54,700 nucleotides of DNA. It comes from Patescibacteria group bacterium (GTDB lineage Bacteria; Patescibacteriota; Patescibacteriia; WFTA01; S139-112). Position 1 is the stretch's first letter, and every line of letters starts with the position of its first letter. A program made the position numbers and the translations under genes. The notes under the pieces were generated by a model. It saw nothing but the letters and a program-made list of their open reading frames with translations. It was not told where the DNA came from and did no database searches. Positions 27,048 through 37,624 of the stretch are shown here, piece by piece. The stretch is taken from contig WFTB01000015.1 of NCBI GenBank assembly GCA_015485695.1, positions 1 through 54,700 of the forward strand. The letters are read 5' to 3'.

Positions 27048-28610
27048 ATGTTTCATAAAAAATATAAGCTCATAAGCGATTATTTTTTTCGACACCAATT
27101 CGCTCGTTTTGCGGTTGTCGGGAGTGTTTCCGCGATTGTTGACTTTGGAATACTTGCGTTATTGACCGAATTGTTCGGTGTGCACTACCTTGTTTCAGCG
27201 ACAATTTCGTTTGTTATTGCAAATGCCGTCAATTTTGTTCTGAGTAAATATTGGACATTTGCCGGAAATGACAATCGAATATCCAGACAATATCCGATAT
27301 TTTTTGCAGTTAGTGTTGCCGGTCTTTTGATAAATAACGGGATTCTTTTTATCGGTGTCGAGATTTTCTCGATTTATTATATTTTCAGCAAAGCAATAGC
27401 CACCGTCATCGTCATGTTTTGGAATTTCTTTATGAACAAGCACATAACATTCTCGGACAGCGAAAGAGTCGTGAAAGGAATGCGTATTTGTTTTTTCAAC
27501 ACCGGATTTTTACCAAGTATTGGCGGAGTAGCGACGTTTAGCCATGAATGGGCCATGGCAACGGTGGCGCACCCCGACGTTGAAAGCGTAAAGGTTATAG
27601 CGTTCGGAAACCCGAGCCCGAGAATAGAGAAGCGCAAGAACAATATGGAAATACGGACGTACAAGACAAGGTCGCCATTAGCGACCGGCGCGCTTGTTCT
27701 GAATCACATGATTAGAAATATTTCGCATGACGTATTTCACTCAACCAATCTTTTCCCGGTTGGTTTTTGGGTCGTGTTTTGGTCTAAGATTTTGAGAAAA
27801 AAAAGCGCAATAACATTTCATGGCACGGACGCTTGCACCGTTTCGGGTTCTCGAATCACAAAATTATTAAAGCGTTGGGCAATAGTTAGAGCGAACTATT
27901 CGTTTGCGGTAAGCGAATCAACGCGAGAAAAAGCGAAGCAAGCGCTTGGATATTCGAACGCCTCGGTCCATGTCGTGTACTCGGGAATACCGGTAAATAC
28001 TCTGAAATCAAACGCCTCGTACGAAAACACAAAGTGCATCATGGAAAAAGCGGGTATTTCGAACTCGGATTTTGTTGTTATGTGCGTAAACCAGCTAATC
28101 AATAGAAAAGGCGTGGATTATTTAATAAAAGCGATAGATTCGATTGACGATTTGAGCGTAAAACTGATTGTAATAGGAGATGGTCCCGAGAAGAATCGAT
28201 TGAGAGATTTGGTGTCGATTCTAAACCTCGAATCGCGTGTTGTGTTTCTCGGTAAAGTACCGAGCGTATTGCCATATTATAGAATCGCTCATGTGTGCGC
28301 GCTTGCGTCTTTTTCGATCGAAGAAGACGGAGATTATGAAGGCCTTGGTCTTTCATTGCTGGAAGCTCAATACATGGGAATTCCGGTTATCGGTACAAAT
28401 TCCGGAGGTATTCCGGAAGCGGTGCTTGACGGATTGTCCGGGTTTATCGTTCCGGAAAAAAACAGCAAAGCAATAGCCGAAAAAATAACACAACTGAAAA
28501 ACGACATGAATCTTTATAAAAAAATGAGTGACAAAGCAAAGGAATTCATATTAGAAGTATTCGACCCCCAACGAAACATTGATAAATATATAAAAATACT
28601 GTTAAATTAA
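27048..28610 (+). CDS. GtrA-family membrane domain fused to a GT4 glycosyltransferase
   Basis: QFARFAVVG..VDFG..NFVLSKYWTF..WNFFMNK (GtrA); RKGVDYLI and EGLGLSLLEA..G.PVI (GT4). Confidence 0.88.
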   Translation: MFHKKYKLISDYFFRHQFARFAVVGSVSAIVDFGILALLTELFGVHYLVSATISFVIANAVNFVLSKYWTFAGNDNRISRQYPIFFAVSVAGLLINNGILFIGVEIFSIYYIFSKAIATVIVMFWNFFMNKHITFSDSERVVKGMRICFFNTGFLPSIGGVATFSHEWAMATVAHPDVESVKVIAFGNPSPRIEKRKNNMEIRTYKTRSPLATGALVLNHMIRNISHDVFHSTNLFPVGFWVVFWSKILRKKSAITFHGTDACTVSGSRITKLLKRWAIVRANYSFAVSESTREKAKQALGYSNASVHVVYSGIPVNTLKSNASYENTKCIMEKAGISNSDFVVMCVNQLINRKGVDYLIKAIDSIDDLSVKLIVIGDGPEKNRLRDLVSILNLESRVVFLGKVPSVLPYYRIAHVCALASFSIEEDGDYEGLGLSLLEAQYMGIPVIGTNSGGIPEAVLDGLSGFIVPEKNSKAIAEKITQLKNDMNLYKKMSDKAKEFILEVFDPQRNIDKYIKILLN

Positions 28611-28650
28611 TATAGCGTGAAATTAAACTTCAAATAACATAATTTAAATT

Positions 28651-29685
28651 ATGAAAAAAGCTCTTATCACAGGAATAACCGGTCAAGACGGTTTTTTTCT
28701 TTCCAAACAGCTCCTTGAAAAAGGGTACGAAGTACATGGTCTTGTCCGCAATGATTCGCGGCAGTGTCTTGGTTCACTCAGGTGTTTGCCACGCGAATTG
28801 AGTGATGAATTGTCACTTCATAAGTGCGATATTACGGACCATGAAACGGTAATGGTTATTCTAAAGGATGAGCAGTTTGACGAAATCTATCATTTGTCGG
28901 CGCAAAGTTTTGTGGGACATAGCTTTGACCAGCCACGTATTACGAACAACACAAACATTGGCGGTACGCAAAATGTCGTTGACGCCATCAGGCTTTTCTA
29001 TCCCCATACTAAGTTGTATTTCGCCGCTACGTCGGAACTCTTTGGTAGAGCGGTTGAGTCGCCACAAAACGAGAATACTCCATTTTACCCTAGGAGCCCA
29101 TACGGGATTAGCAAGCTCGCGGGATATTGGATAGTTAAAAACAACAGAGAAGGGTATGGTCTGTGGGGAGTTAATGGAATATTATTTAATCATGAATCAG
29201 AGTTGCGGGGAGAAAAATTTGTCACTCGCAAAATTACAAAATCGATTGCGTCGATTGTAACTGGCGCGCAAGATGAGCTTAGAATCGGAAACTTGAATAT
29301 AAAGCGTGACTGGGGGTTTTCCGGCGATTATGTAGACGCAATGTGGCGCATGTTGCAACACGATATTCCCGATGATTATGTTATTGCTACAGGGGAAAAT
29401 TACAGTTTGCGTGAATTTACGGAACGTGCGTTCAAAGTGGTTGATGTTGATATTGTTTGGGAGGGTGAGGGAGTAAATGAGGTGGGAAGAGATGCAAGCA
29501 CGGGCAGGGTGTTGGTCAGAGTTGACCCGGAATTTTTCCGTCCGGCCGAAAATGAATGTGTCTTGGGAGATTGCACGAAAGCGCGCAAGGTGCTTGGTTG
29601 GAAACCAACACTGGGCTTTGATCGATTAATCGAACGGATGGTAAAAGCCGATTTGAAATTTATGAAAAAAACATCATATGTTTAG
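28651..29685 (+). CDS. gmd: GDP-mannose 4,6-dehydratase (copy 1)
   Basis: [36 protein letters not shown]. Confidence 0.93.
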   Translation: MKKALITGITGQDGFFLSKQLLEKGYEVHGLVRNDSRQCLGSLRCLPRELSDELSLHKCDITDHETVMVILKDEQFDEIYHLSAQSFVGHSFDQPRITNNTNIGGTQNVVDAIRLFYPHTKLYFAATSELFGRAVESPQNENTPFYPRSPYGISKLAGYWIVKNNREGYGLWGVNGILFNHESELRGEKFVTRKITKSIASIVTGAQDELRIGNLNIKRDWGFSGDYVDAMWRMLQHDIPDDYVIATGENYSLREFTERAFKVVDVDIVWEGEGVNEVGRDASTGRVLVRVDPEFFRPAENECVLGDCTKARKVLGWKPTLGFDRLIERMVKADLKFMKKTSYV

Positions 29686-29788
29686 ACTTGGAAAATATAC
29701 TCAATGGAGCGAACTGTTTTTTAAACACATGACAGTTGAAGAGGCGATTTTGCGATTGATTATTTTTTTGTAACGTATAAAATTATTT

Positions 29789-30904
29789 ATGGGAAAACAA
29801 AAAAAATATCGCGTACTGGCTCTTTCGAATAATCTTGACGAACACGCAGGATGGGGCAGATATTCATGGAATATTATCAAAAGACTTATCGATAATCGGG
29901 ACGTTGAAATACGCGTACTCGTAGCAAGAGGAAGTGATAAGGCGGTGGAAGAAGTGTGTTTGCCCGGGAGTTTCAACTTTTTGTCCATGCTTCGCGCGGT
30001 TAAGGACATTCGTCGCGCCGTTAAGTCGGTTGATATCGTCCACGCTTTTGACGGATTTCCTTACGGCGTGTTGGCTTATCTTGGCATTATGGGTATGCGC
30101 AACAAGCGACTCATTATCAATGGAGTCGGCACATACTCGGTACGACCGTTACTGAGTCCGGTGAAGGGGTGGCTTCTGAAAAAAGCGTATCGTCGCGCCG
30201 ACCATATTTTGTGCATTAGCAATTACACTTTGTCGCGTATAAAAAAATACGTACCCGAACTTTCAAATTTATCGGTGGTGCATCTTGGCGTTGACGCCAA
30301 TGTATTCACAGGCAATAAATCAAAAAAGAAAAAGAACAATAGTCCGCATTTGCTGGTTACGGGCGAAATTAAAAGTCGAAAAGGTCAATACTACACGGTT
30401 CGGGCGGTTGATATTTTGAAGAAAAAGTATCCCGACGTTAAACTTACCATTATAGGGTATATCGGATCCGGCGCATATTATAAAAAAATTCAAGACTATA
30501 TCGCAGAGCGTGATTTAAGCGGTAATATTCGTTTTTTGCGTGGGATTACGGACGAAGAATTGGCAAAAGAGTATCAGAGCGCGGATATCTATGTGATGCC
30601 ATCGCTTTCGCGCGGAGAGAATTTTGAAGGATTTGGTTTGGTGTACTTGGAAGCCGGTTTATACGGGGTTCCATCCATAGGCAGTCGCAACTCCGGCGCC
30701 GAAGACGCAATAATTGACGGCAAAACGGGGTATTTAATCGAGCAAGAATCCGCGGAAGAAATAGCGCGAGCCGTTGAGAAGATATTTTCGCGTGATAATT
30801 ACGACGCTTTGTCACAACAAGCGCGATTGTTTGCTCAAAAATTCACCTGGGATAAAACCGTTGCCGGATGTATTCAAGCCTATGAACATAGTAATAGCAA
30901 GTGA
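29789..30904 (+). CDS. GT4 glycosyltransferase
   Basis: RKG and EGFGLVYLEA..GVPSI motifs. Confidence 0.9.
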   Translation: MGKQKKYRVLALSNNLDEHAGWGRYSWNIIKRLIDNRDVEIRVLVARGSDKAVEEVCLPGSFNFLSMLRAVKDIRRAVKSVDIVHAFDGFPYGVLAYLGIMGMRNKRLIINGVGTYSVRPLLSPVKGWLLKKAYRRADHILCISNYTLSRIKKYVPELSNLSVVHLGVDANVFTGNKSKKKKNNSPHLLVTGEIKSRKGQYYTVRAVDILKKKYPDVKLTIIGYIGSGAYYKKIQDYIAERDLSGNIRFLRGITDEELAKEYQSADIYVMPSLSRGENFEGFGLVYLEAGLYGVPSIGSRNSGAEDAIIDGKTGYLIEQESAEEIARAVEKIFSRDNYDALSQQARLFAQKFTWDKTVAGCIQAYEHSNSK

Positions 30905-32117
30905 CCAATTTCCGACCGAACAGTGTGGCGGAGCTGCAAGTGTTGCCGGTATGCACGCAAAAGAATTGGCTCGTCGAGGGTTAAATGTGCGCATATTCAC
31001 GACAACACAAAACAAATCTGACGTTGGAGTCGTTCGTTTTGACGGTATGGATGTTTTTCGCGCGTATTCCAAATATCCCGAACGTTGGCGCGCTTGGAGA
31101 AGTGTAAATAACCCTTCGGTCGTGAATAAATTCAAAGATATCCTTGATGACATGAAACCGGATATTGTTCACTTTCACAATGTTCACCATCACATATCTT
31201 ACGCTTCAATCAAATCCGCCAAGACGAGAAGTCCGAAAGTGTTTTTGACTCTGCACGATGTCATGAGTTTCCATTTTGGAAAATTGTGCGAAAAATCGTT
31301 TATTCGACCGGAAGATACGTCGGTAAGAGACGTGTTCGATTATAAGATAAGCGCTCTGGATAATATTCGCCTGTCCAAAAAACGATACAATCCGTTTAGA
31401 AACATGGCTATTAAAAAATATCTTGGCTTTGCGGACAAACTGATAGCGGTTAGCCGAGCGCTAAAAGACGCGGTTGGGCAAAACGGCATATCAAATGTTG
31501 AAGTTATTCGCAACGGCATAGATGCGGAAAATTGGGTAATTGACGAATCTGAAGCCACAAACCTAAAACAACAACTCAATATACGCGAAAGACCGACAAT
31601 CCTGTTCGTTGGTCGTCTGACCGGAGCAAAGGGTGGAGATGTTATGTTAAAGGCTCTCGATATGATAATCAGAAAAGTCCCAAAAGCGGTATTGCTGGTT
31701 GTCGGTGATGGTGGTCGCGCGTATAAGAATCGCTTTCAGGGCAAAATTGATTATGTGCGTTTCGTTCCGTCGGTTGCTTATTCGGAAATCAAAAAATACT
31801 ATCACTGCTCCGACGTCGTGGTTGTGCCTTCATTATGTTTTGATTCGTTCCCGACGGTCAATTTGGAGGCCATGGCATGCGCGAAACCGGTGGTTGCGAC
31901 TCACTTTGGCGGGAGCCCCGAAGCGGTTGAACACGAAAATACCGGATATGTGGTTAATCCTTTGAATATTGAAAGTCTGTCGAGTTGCGTAATTGATTTG
32001 CTTTTGGATACTGAAAAAGCCAAAAGGTTTGGGGAGGCCGGGCGACAAAAAGTTCTAGGGGAGCTTAATTTGGTTTCGCACGTTGATTCGCTTTACAACT
32101 TGTATAAATCCGTTTAG
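30882..32117 (+). CDS. GT4 glycosyltransferase
   Basis: MNIVIASDQFP..GGA; FVGRL..KG; DSFPTVNLEAMACAKPVV; ATG 30882. Confidence 0.9.
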   Translation: MNIVIASDQFPTEQCGGAASVAGMHAKELARRGLNVRIFTTTQNKSDVGVVRFDGMDVFRAYSKYPERWRAWRSVNNPSVVNKFKDILDDMKPDIVHFHNVHHHISYASIKSAKTRSPKVFLTLHDVMSFHFGKLCEKSFIRPEDTSVRDVFDYKISALDNIRLSKKRYNPFRNMAIKKYLGFADKLIAVSRALKDAVGQNGISNVEVIRNGIDAENWVIDESEATNLKQQLNIRERPTILFVGRLTGAKGGDVMLKALDMIIRKVPKAVLLVVGDGGRAYKNRFQGKIDYVRFVPSVAYSEIKKYYHCSDVVVVPSLCFDSFPTVNLEAMACAKPVVATHFGGSPEAVEHENTGYVVNPLNIESLSSCVIDLLLDTEKAKRFGEAGRQKVLGELNLVSHVDSLYNLYKSV

Positions 32118-33057
32118 CCATTGCGTACGCGGACGGGAACGTTGACTTTATAATCCATCGCGCTTTTTTTACAAGCGAATTATTTACCCTGAATACGATT
32201 TTCATTGTTTTTGAATCGGCGCGCTTGTTGACGCAAATATCATTTGGGTGGCGAAGAGGAATGTCGATTGGAATCGATGGTTTGTTTGCAAGTTTGCTGG
32301 TTTTTGACGTTGAATGAGTGGCGTCGTCGCCAAATCCTATATTGGTAACCAGATTGGAAGACGGATTTATCGAGTATCCTTGATTGTACATACAGGTAAA
32401 CACCCATTGCGTGTCCCATGCCATTTTATGTATATTTTTACGGTAAGTGTTTTCGAACAAATATTTCCAATATTCGGCAGTTGGTGATTTACCGAACATG
32501 TTGCCGAGCATGTTTTGTTCTTTTGCTTTTGGCCACATTGACATTGACGCGTCGTACAAATTCCACGATCGGCGCCATGTCGCCCAGCCCCATATCTGGG
32601 GAATGCGAGAAAAATAATACGACTCGTTTATCGGTGTGTCGGAAAAATTAACCCCCGATATGTGCATAATGCGCGTTTCGTCTTCGTATTTTTTTAACAG
32701 TTCATCACAATACGCGAAAAACGTCGAATCCGGAACCGTGTCGTCTTCCAGTATGATTGCTCGATCGACATAATCAAACGCCCACGATATTCCGGAAGAC
32801 ACACTCTTGCGACATCCAATGTTTTGGTCGCGAAATATGGTTGATACATCACATTCCCAATTTACATTGGATACTATTTCTCGCACAGAATCGCATTTTT
32901 TTTTATCGTAATCGCCACGCGGTCCGTCGGCGATTATAAACAATCGATTCGGTTGAACATTTGATATGGCGTCAAACACTCGTTTGGTGTGCTCCGGTCT
33001 GTTGAATACCAAAAAAACTACAGGATTTAAGCACTTGTAATTTATATTTTTTTCCAT
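32065..33057 (-). CDS. GT-A nucleotide-diphospho-sugar transferase (HlpA-like)
   Basis: FNRPEHT, ADGPR, NIGC..GISW.F, ILEDD, WGWATWRR, NIGFG. Confidence 0.85.
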   Translation of the reverse strand: MEKNINYKCLNPVVFLVFNRPEHTKRVFDAISNVQPNRLFIIADGPRGDYDKKKCDSVREIVSNVNWECDVSTIFRDQNIGCRKSVSSGISWAFDYVDRAIILEDDTVPDSTFFAYCDELLKKYEDETRIMHISGVNFSDTPINESYYFSRIPQIWGWATWRRSWNLYDASMSMWPKAKEQNMLGNMFGKSPTAEYWKYLFENTYRKNIHKMAWDTQWVFTCMYNQGYSINPSSNLVTNIGFGDDATHSTSKTSKLANKPSIPIDIPLRHPNDICVNKRADSKTMKIVFRVNNSLVKKARWIIKSTFPSAYAMAKRIYTSCKANQRAKPN

Positions 33058-33917
33058 GATGCGTACAGATTAGTGTGAAAATCGTCAGATTTCGAAACAG
33101 GCCCAAAGAAGCTTCTTGTTTTCGAATCATACCTATAGACGCAATATCCGTATGAATTAAGCAGGCGTATCACTTCATCCGATGAAATTCCGGCTCCGCG
33201 AAGAGGTATCTGTGATATCTCGAACGATATGAAATTTATTTTTTTATTCTTTAGCATATCGGAAGATCCGGTCAGTACGTGTTTTTCGAATCCTTCGACA
33301 TCAATTTTTAAAAAGTCAATGCGGGATATGTTATTCGTCATGCAATAATCATCGAGAGTATCAACTTTTACATCGCAAGTCTCAATCGGTTTTATTCCGC
33401 CGAAATCCGGTTTCCCGAACGTATTCCACTCGTGCAAATGCCTGTCAAATATTTGCATTGTTTTTGTGCCTTGTTCGTTTGACAGAGCGATGTTTTCGGT
33501 TATTACGTTTTTACATTTATTGAGATGAATAGTCGCTTTCAGTTCTTGGAATGTTCGAAGGACGGGTTCGAACGCTCGCACTTTTCCATTATTGCCCGCA
33601 AGTCTGCTCATATATACTGAATGAATTCCCATATTCGCTCCGACATCAAACACTATATCGCCCGGGTTGATTAAGTTTTTAATCGCCGAAAACTCTTGCC
33701 TGTAATTTTCTCGGGGGATAAGCTTGTTAAATGTCGAACGGTCCCATGAATAATACCTGAATCGTATTCCATACGCGTCGCGAAGCACTCGGAACCCGTC
33801 TTTCCCGAAATATATGTTTCGCAGAGGTCCGTGAACCGCACTAAACCAAAATTTTCTCCACATGATTCGTGGCCATTTTATGAATATTTTATACGGTGTT
33901 ATGTTTCCGGTTTTCAT
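33042..33917 (-). CDS. FkbM-family methyltransferase
   Basis: DVGANMG, AFEP, KIDVEGFE. Confidence 0.92.
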   Translation of the reverse strand: MKTGNITPYKIFIKWPRIMWRKFWFSAVHGPLRNIYFGKDGFRVLRDAYGIRFRYYSWDRSTFNKLIPRENYRQEFSAIKNLINPGDIVFDVGANMGIHSVYMSRLAGNNGKVRAFEPVLRTFQELKATIHLNKCKNVITENIALSNEQGTKTMQIFDRHLHEWNTFGKPDFGGIKPIETCDVKVDTLDDYCMTNNISRIDFLKIDVEGFEKHVLTGSSDMLKNKKINFISFEISQIPLRGAGISSDEVIRLLNSYGYCVYRYDSKTRSFFGPVSKSDDFHTNLYASWKKI

Positions 33918-33987
33918 CGGTGTCGTTTTGATTGTTTTGAAAATTCGTATTGTTTGCCAGAGTCAATATATGACATTATTGCCATAT

Positions 33988-34956
33988 TTAATTTTCTTTT
34001 ACCGTTTTTCCGAGAGACTTAACCTTAATTATCGCGTGTTTTTTGAACATAAGTTTTTTTCGCCTCGCGTAATATGGTAGAAGGACAGATTTATCTTCGC
34101 TATGTATTCGAAGATACGAGTGAAACAGTTCTTTGTGAAGCGAATGAGCGCGAACAATTTCTTTTACCGTCAAAATTCGACTTGGTTTTTTGATTATAAA
34201 CGCGTTTAGGAATATCTCATATTCTTCGTCAGACATTCTTTTGTACCGTGATATCATTTTTTTGATTATCGCGATGGCGTTTGCGTGAACCACTTTTTGA
34301 GACTCGGATGAAGATACTATTGATTTGGGGTTTATGCGGTATCGTATTAGGGCTTCCGGAATATTGGCAAGTTTATGTGTATCTCTAAGTCGTGAAAGCA
34401 GTTCATAGTCTTGAGCATGCTTGAAACTTTCATCGTATCCTCCGATATCGAGTATGGCGCTTTTTCGAAACATCAACGCGCTGTGATAAAAATTGTTTCC
34501 GAATATGAGCTCATAACGTATAACCCTCGAATCTGTCGGTGTTTTTCGCATACGCATGAATTTTCCGTTTTGATCTATATATTCCGCCCAGCTTCCGACA
34601 AGAGCGATGTCCTTGTTTTTGTTCAGGAATTTGCGTTGTTTTTCTAATCGTTCCGGCAATGCCATGTCATCGTCGTCCAGTCGAGCTATATATTCGCCAC
34701 GCGCTTTTTTGAGTCCTTTGTTGAGTGATTTTGTTATACCGATGTTGCATTCATTATCTATCACCCTAATCCTATCGTCATTATATGAACGTATGATATC
34801 CGGCGTTGAATCCGTTGAGCCGTCATTTATGATAAGCAATTCAAAATCGGAAAACGTCTGAGCGAGAACACTGTCAATGGCGGTACGAATATATCGTTCG
34901 CCGTTATGTGTCGGCATGAGAACGGTAATCATCTTTTTATGTTGTGAAATTATCAT
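33988..34956 (-). CDS. GT2 glycosyltransferase
   Basis: INDGSTD, GEYIARLDDDD, QDYEL. Confidence 0.92.
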   Translation of the reverse strand: MIISQHKKMITVLMPTHNGERYIRTAIDSVLAQTFSDFELLIINDGSTDSTPDIIRSYNDDRIRVIDNECNIGITKSLNKGLKKARGEYIARLDDDDMALPERLEKQRKFLNKNKDIALVGSWAEYIDQNGKFMRMRKTPTDSRVIRYELIFGNNFYHSALMFRKSAILDIGGYDESFKHAQDYELLSRLRDTHKLANIPEALIRYRINPKSIVSSSESQKVVHANAIAIIKKMISRYKRMSDEEYEIFLNAFIIKKPSRILTVKEIVRAHSLHKELFHSYLRIHSEDKSVLLPYYARRKKLMFKKHAIIKVKSLGKTVKEN

Positions 34957-36732
34957 TTATTTATGGTAAATAGAATATTTTTCTAGCCATAATTCCAATA
35001 CAAGTAATATCCATATTCGGTAAGCTGTTTGGTGGTTAGGGTGTTTTCCGTATTGTTTTATAATACTCCTAATTTCTGATTTATTAAACAGAGCATATAA
35101 TTGTGTTGTCTCTCCCGTAAGCGTGTCACGAGCCAATGAATAGCAGTCCGGCGTTTTAAGCCATTCATGAACGGGGGCTCCAAAACCTTGTTTTTTCCTC
35201 CCAATAATATCTTTAGGTATAATGTCTCGAAATGCGTCTTTAATGATTCGTTTGCCGATTCGTTTGGTTTGTTTATATTTCACGGGTATATTGTATGCGA
35301 ATTCACATAATTGCCAGTCCAAAAATGGACTGCGAACTTCAAGAGACGCCATCATGGACGCACGGTCTACTTTGGTTAATATGTCACCTACAAGATAATT
35401 ATTTATATCATAATCGTTAATTTTTCTAATGGGATTATGCGATTCGGTAAAGATATCTTCCCCGGGTATATATGGTAACATGTCTTTATTCCACAGACGT
35501 TTACGATTTATAGGTGATAAATATGGTATTGTTGACAGATATTCATTGTAAGGATTAGACGATATTTTTTTCCAAATTCGTTCCATGCGTGGAATGTGAT
35601 GATGTCTTCGATACCATTTATATCCCATAAAAAATTCATCCGCCCCATCTCCGCTAAGCGCGACTGTAACATGCGATTTTGTTTCTTTTGATAACAGATA
35701 TGTGGGAACGCTGGACGAATCCGCGAACGGTTCGTCAAAGTACTGCGCCACGCGTATGATCGTATCTGTTAAATTGTGTTCGACATTAAGTATTACATGT
35801 TCCACTTCGTATTGCTTTGCCGCGGATTTTGCATAAGGTAATTCATTTATCGAATCTCCGAAACCAACTGAAAACGATTTTATGGGGTGGCCAATATTTT
35901 GTTTAGCCAAACCCGTAACCAGAGTTGAGTCAAGCCCGCCACTAAGGAAAGTTCCAATGGGAACATCTGAAACTAGACGTTTAGTCACTGCTTTAGTCAT
36001 TAGTTGTTTTAGTTGTGTTTGCGCTTCTTCATATGATATGTTAATCGGTCGGTATTTTAACTTCCAGTAGCGCGATATCGTAAAAGAAGATTCGCGCACC
36101 TGCATATAATGGGCAGGCGGAAGAGAGTGTATATTATTATATATATTTTGCGATGGTGGAACATATAGCAGTGTCAAATAGGCATCGATGGCTTTATGAT
36201 TTACCAGCCCTTTGACCGCGCCGGAAATCAGAAGTGATTTTATTTCTGATGCAAAGAATATGGTTTTATTATTATCGGGCGATGAGTAATATAATGGCTT
36301 TTGACCAAACCTGTCACGCGCCAGTGTTAGAATTTTTTTGGTATTGTCCCATATAGCGCATGCGAACATGCCGTCTAGTTCGTTAAATGCCTTTGTCCCC
36401 TTATCCGCAAATAAATATACTATTACTTCAGTATCTGAATTCGTTTTGAATTTATAGCCTTTGTTTAGCAGTCTTTTTTTAAGTTCTTGATAATTATATA
36501 CTTCTCCGTTGTATACTATTGTGTATCTTCCGGTAATATCGCTCATCGGCTGATTGCCGGAAAGTAAATCTATAACGGATAAGCGTGTATGCCCAAGAAC
36601 GCATTCTGAATTAGTGTAAACACCATTAGAATCGGGTCCTCTGAATTTGAGCTCTCTTATCATGTCGTTTATAATCTCGGATTTTACATGATGTTGTATG
36701 TTTTTTCCTGTAAATCCCGCTATTCCACACAT
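34957..36732 (-). CDS. asnB: Asparagine synthase (glutamine-hydrolysing) / polysaccharide amidotransferase
   Basis: MCGIAG start at 36732; RGPD, NGEVYN, LSGGLDS, SGDGADE, DRASMMASLEVRSPF. Confidence 0.93.
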   Translation of the reverse strand: MCGIAGFTGKNIQHHVKSEIINDMIRELKFRGPDSNGVYTNSECVLGHTRLSVIDLLSGNQPMSDITGRYTIVYNGEVYNYQELKKRLLNKGYKFKTNSDTEVIVYLFADKGTKAFNELDGMFACAIWDNTKKILTLARDRFGQKPLYYSSPDNNKTIFFASEIKSLLISGAVKGLVNHKAIDAYLTLLYVPPSQNIYNNIHSLPPAHYMQVRESSFTISRYWKLKYRPINISYEEAQTQLKQLMTKAVTKRLVSDVPIGTFLSGGLDSTLVTGLAKQNIGHPIKSFSVGFGDSINELPYAKSAAKQYEVEHVILNVEHNLTDTIIRVAQYFDEPFADSSSVPTYLLSKETKSHVTVALSGDGADEFFMGYKWYRRHHHIPRMERIWKKISSNPYNEYLSTIPYLSPINRKRLWNKDMLPYIPGEDIFTESHNPIRKINDYDINNYLVGDILTKVDRASMMASLEVRSPFLDWQLCEFAYNIPVKYKQTKRIGKRIIKDAFRDIIPKDIIGRKKQGFGAPVHEWLKTPDCYSLARDTLTGETTQLYALFNKSEIRSIIKQYGKHPNHQTAYRIWILLVLELWLEKYSIYHK

Positions 36733-36739
36733 AAAATTA

Positions 36740-37606
36740 CTATAATATTTTCCATGACGGAGGTATGATGCTAATTGAAGTTTGACCACTATTACTTCTA
36801 AACCATTTTTTCGGGGCTATGACAATCTTTTCCGGATTTGTGTTTAACCACGCGCCCCACCAGCTAAAGGAACTGTTGGCGATAATGTTGTGTTTGCATT
36901 TACTCATCAATATCATTTCTTCGAAGTCACGCATCCCGTCTCCGATTATATATGTTGTCGGGTATTCAAAAGATAAGTTTTGTTTCGCCCATTCAATATC
37001 ATCGGAAAACACGAATATTTCCAAGTTGGTGAGTTTTTGTTTTATAATGGATATGGCGTCTTTGTAATATTTCGAGTCCAGTTCTTCGTATGTTTTTTTG
37101 TATCGCGGATTATTGACATAATCCGATCGTCTTATATGCATGGAAACTGCGTTTGTTTGCCGTATTCTGTCCGCGATTTTCGCGGCTTTTTCCGACATGG
37201 GTTTTTTAAGTTTGAAATCGGAGATGATTATATCTCGAATGTCTTTGAAGTACTCTGCACTTTGCCAATTTCCGACAAGATACGCTCGTTTGCCTATTCG
37301 TAAGAAGTTCGGATCAAACTTATTGTATTCTTTGATAAGAGTTTTTTTGTAATACGGCTTGAACTTATTAAACAGACGTTCGATTTTGTTTTCTCTATAG
37401 CGATAAATTTCTTTGTCTGTCGCAAATGTTTCGTCTATATTGAACACGCCAAGACCGTACTCTCGCTTTGTGTCGTCGTTTGATATTTCTTCGTACCACT
37501 TGGTGTCCAGTTTTAATTTTGTTTCATTGCTGATGGCGGTTCGTCGTCCCATTGCGTATTGAAACATTTGATTCCCAAGCCCGCCGGTGAGTTTGGTGAT
37601 TATCAT
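36740..37606 (-). CDS. Alpha-1,2-fucosyltransferase (GT11)
   Basis: GGLGNQMFQYA, HIRRSDY, FSDD, NSSFSWWGAWL. Confidence 0.93.
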   Translation of the reverse strand: MIITKLTGGLGNQMFQYAMGRRTAISNETKLKLDTKWYEEISNDDTKREYGLGVFNIDETFATDKEIYRYRENKIERLFNKFKPYYKKTLIKEYNKFDPNFLRIGKRAYLVGNWQSAEYFKDIRDIIISDFKLKKPMSEKAAKIADRIRQTNAVSMHIRRSDYVNNPRYKKTYEELDSKYYKDAISIIKQKLTNLEIFVFSDDIEWAKQNLSFEYPTTYIIGDGMRDFEEMILMSKCKHNIIANSSFSWWGAWLNTNPEKIVIAPKKWFRSNSGQTSISIIPPSWKIL

Positions 37607-37624
37607 ATTAAAACAATTTCTTTA

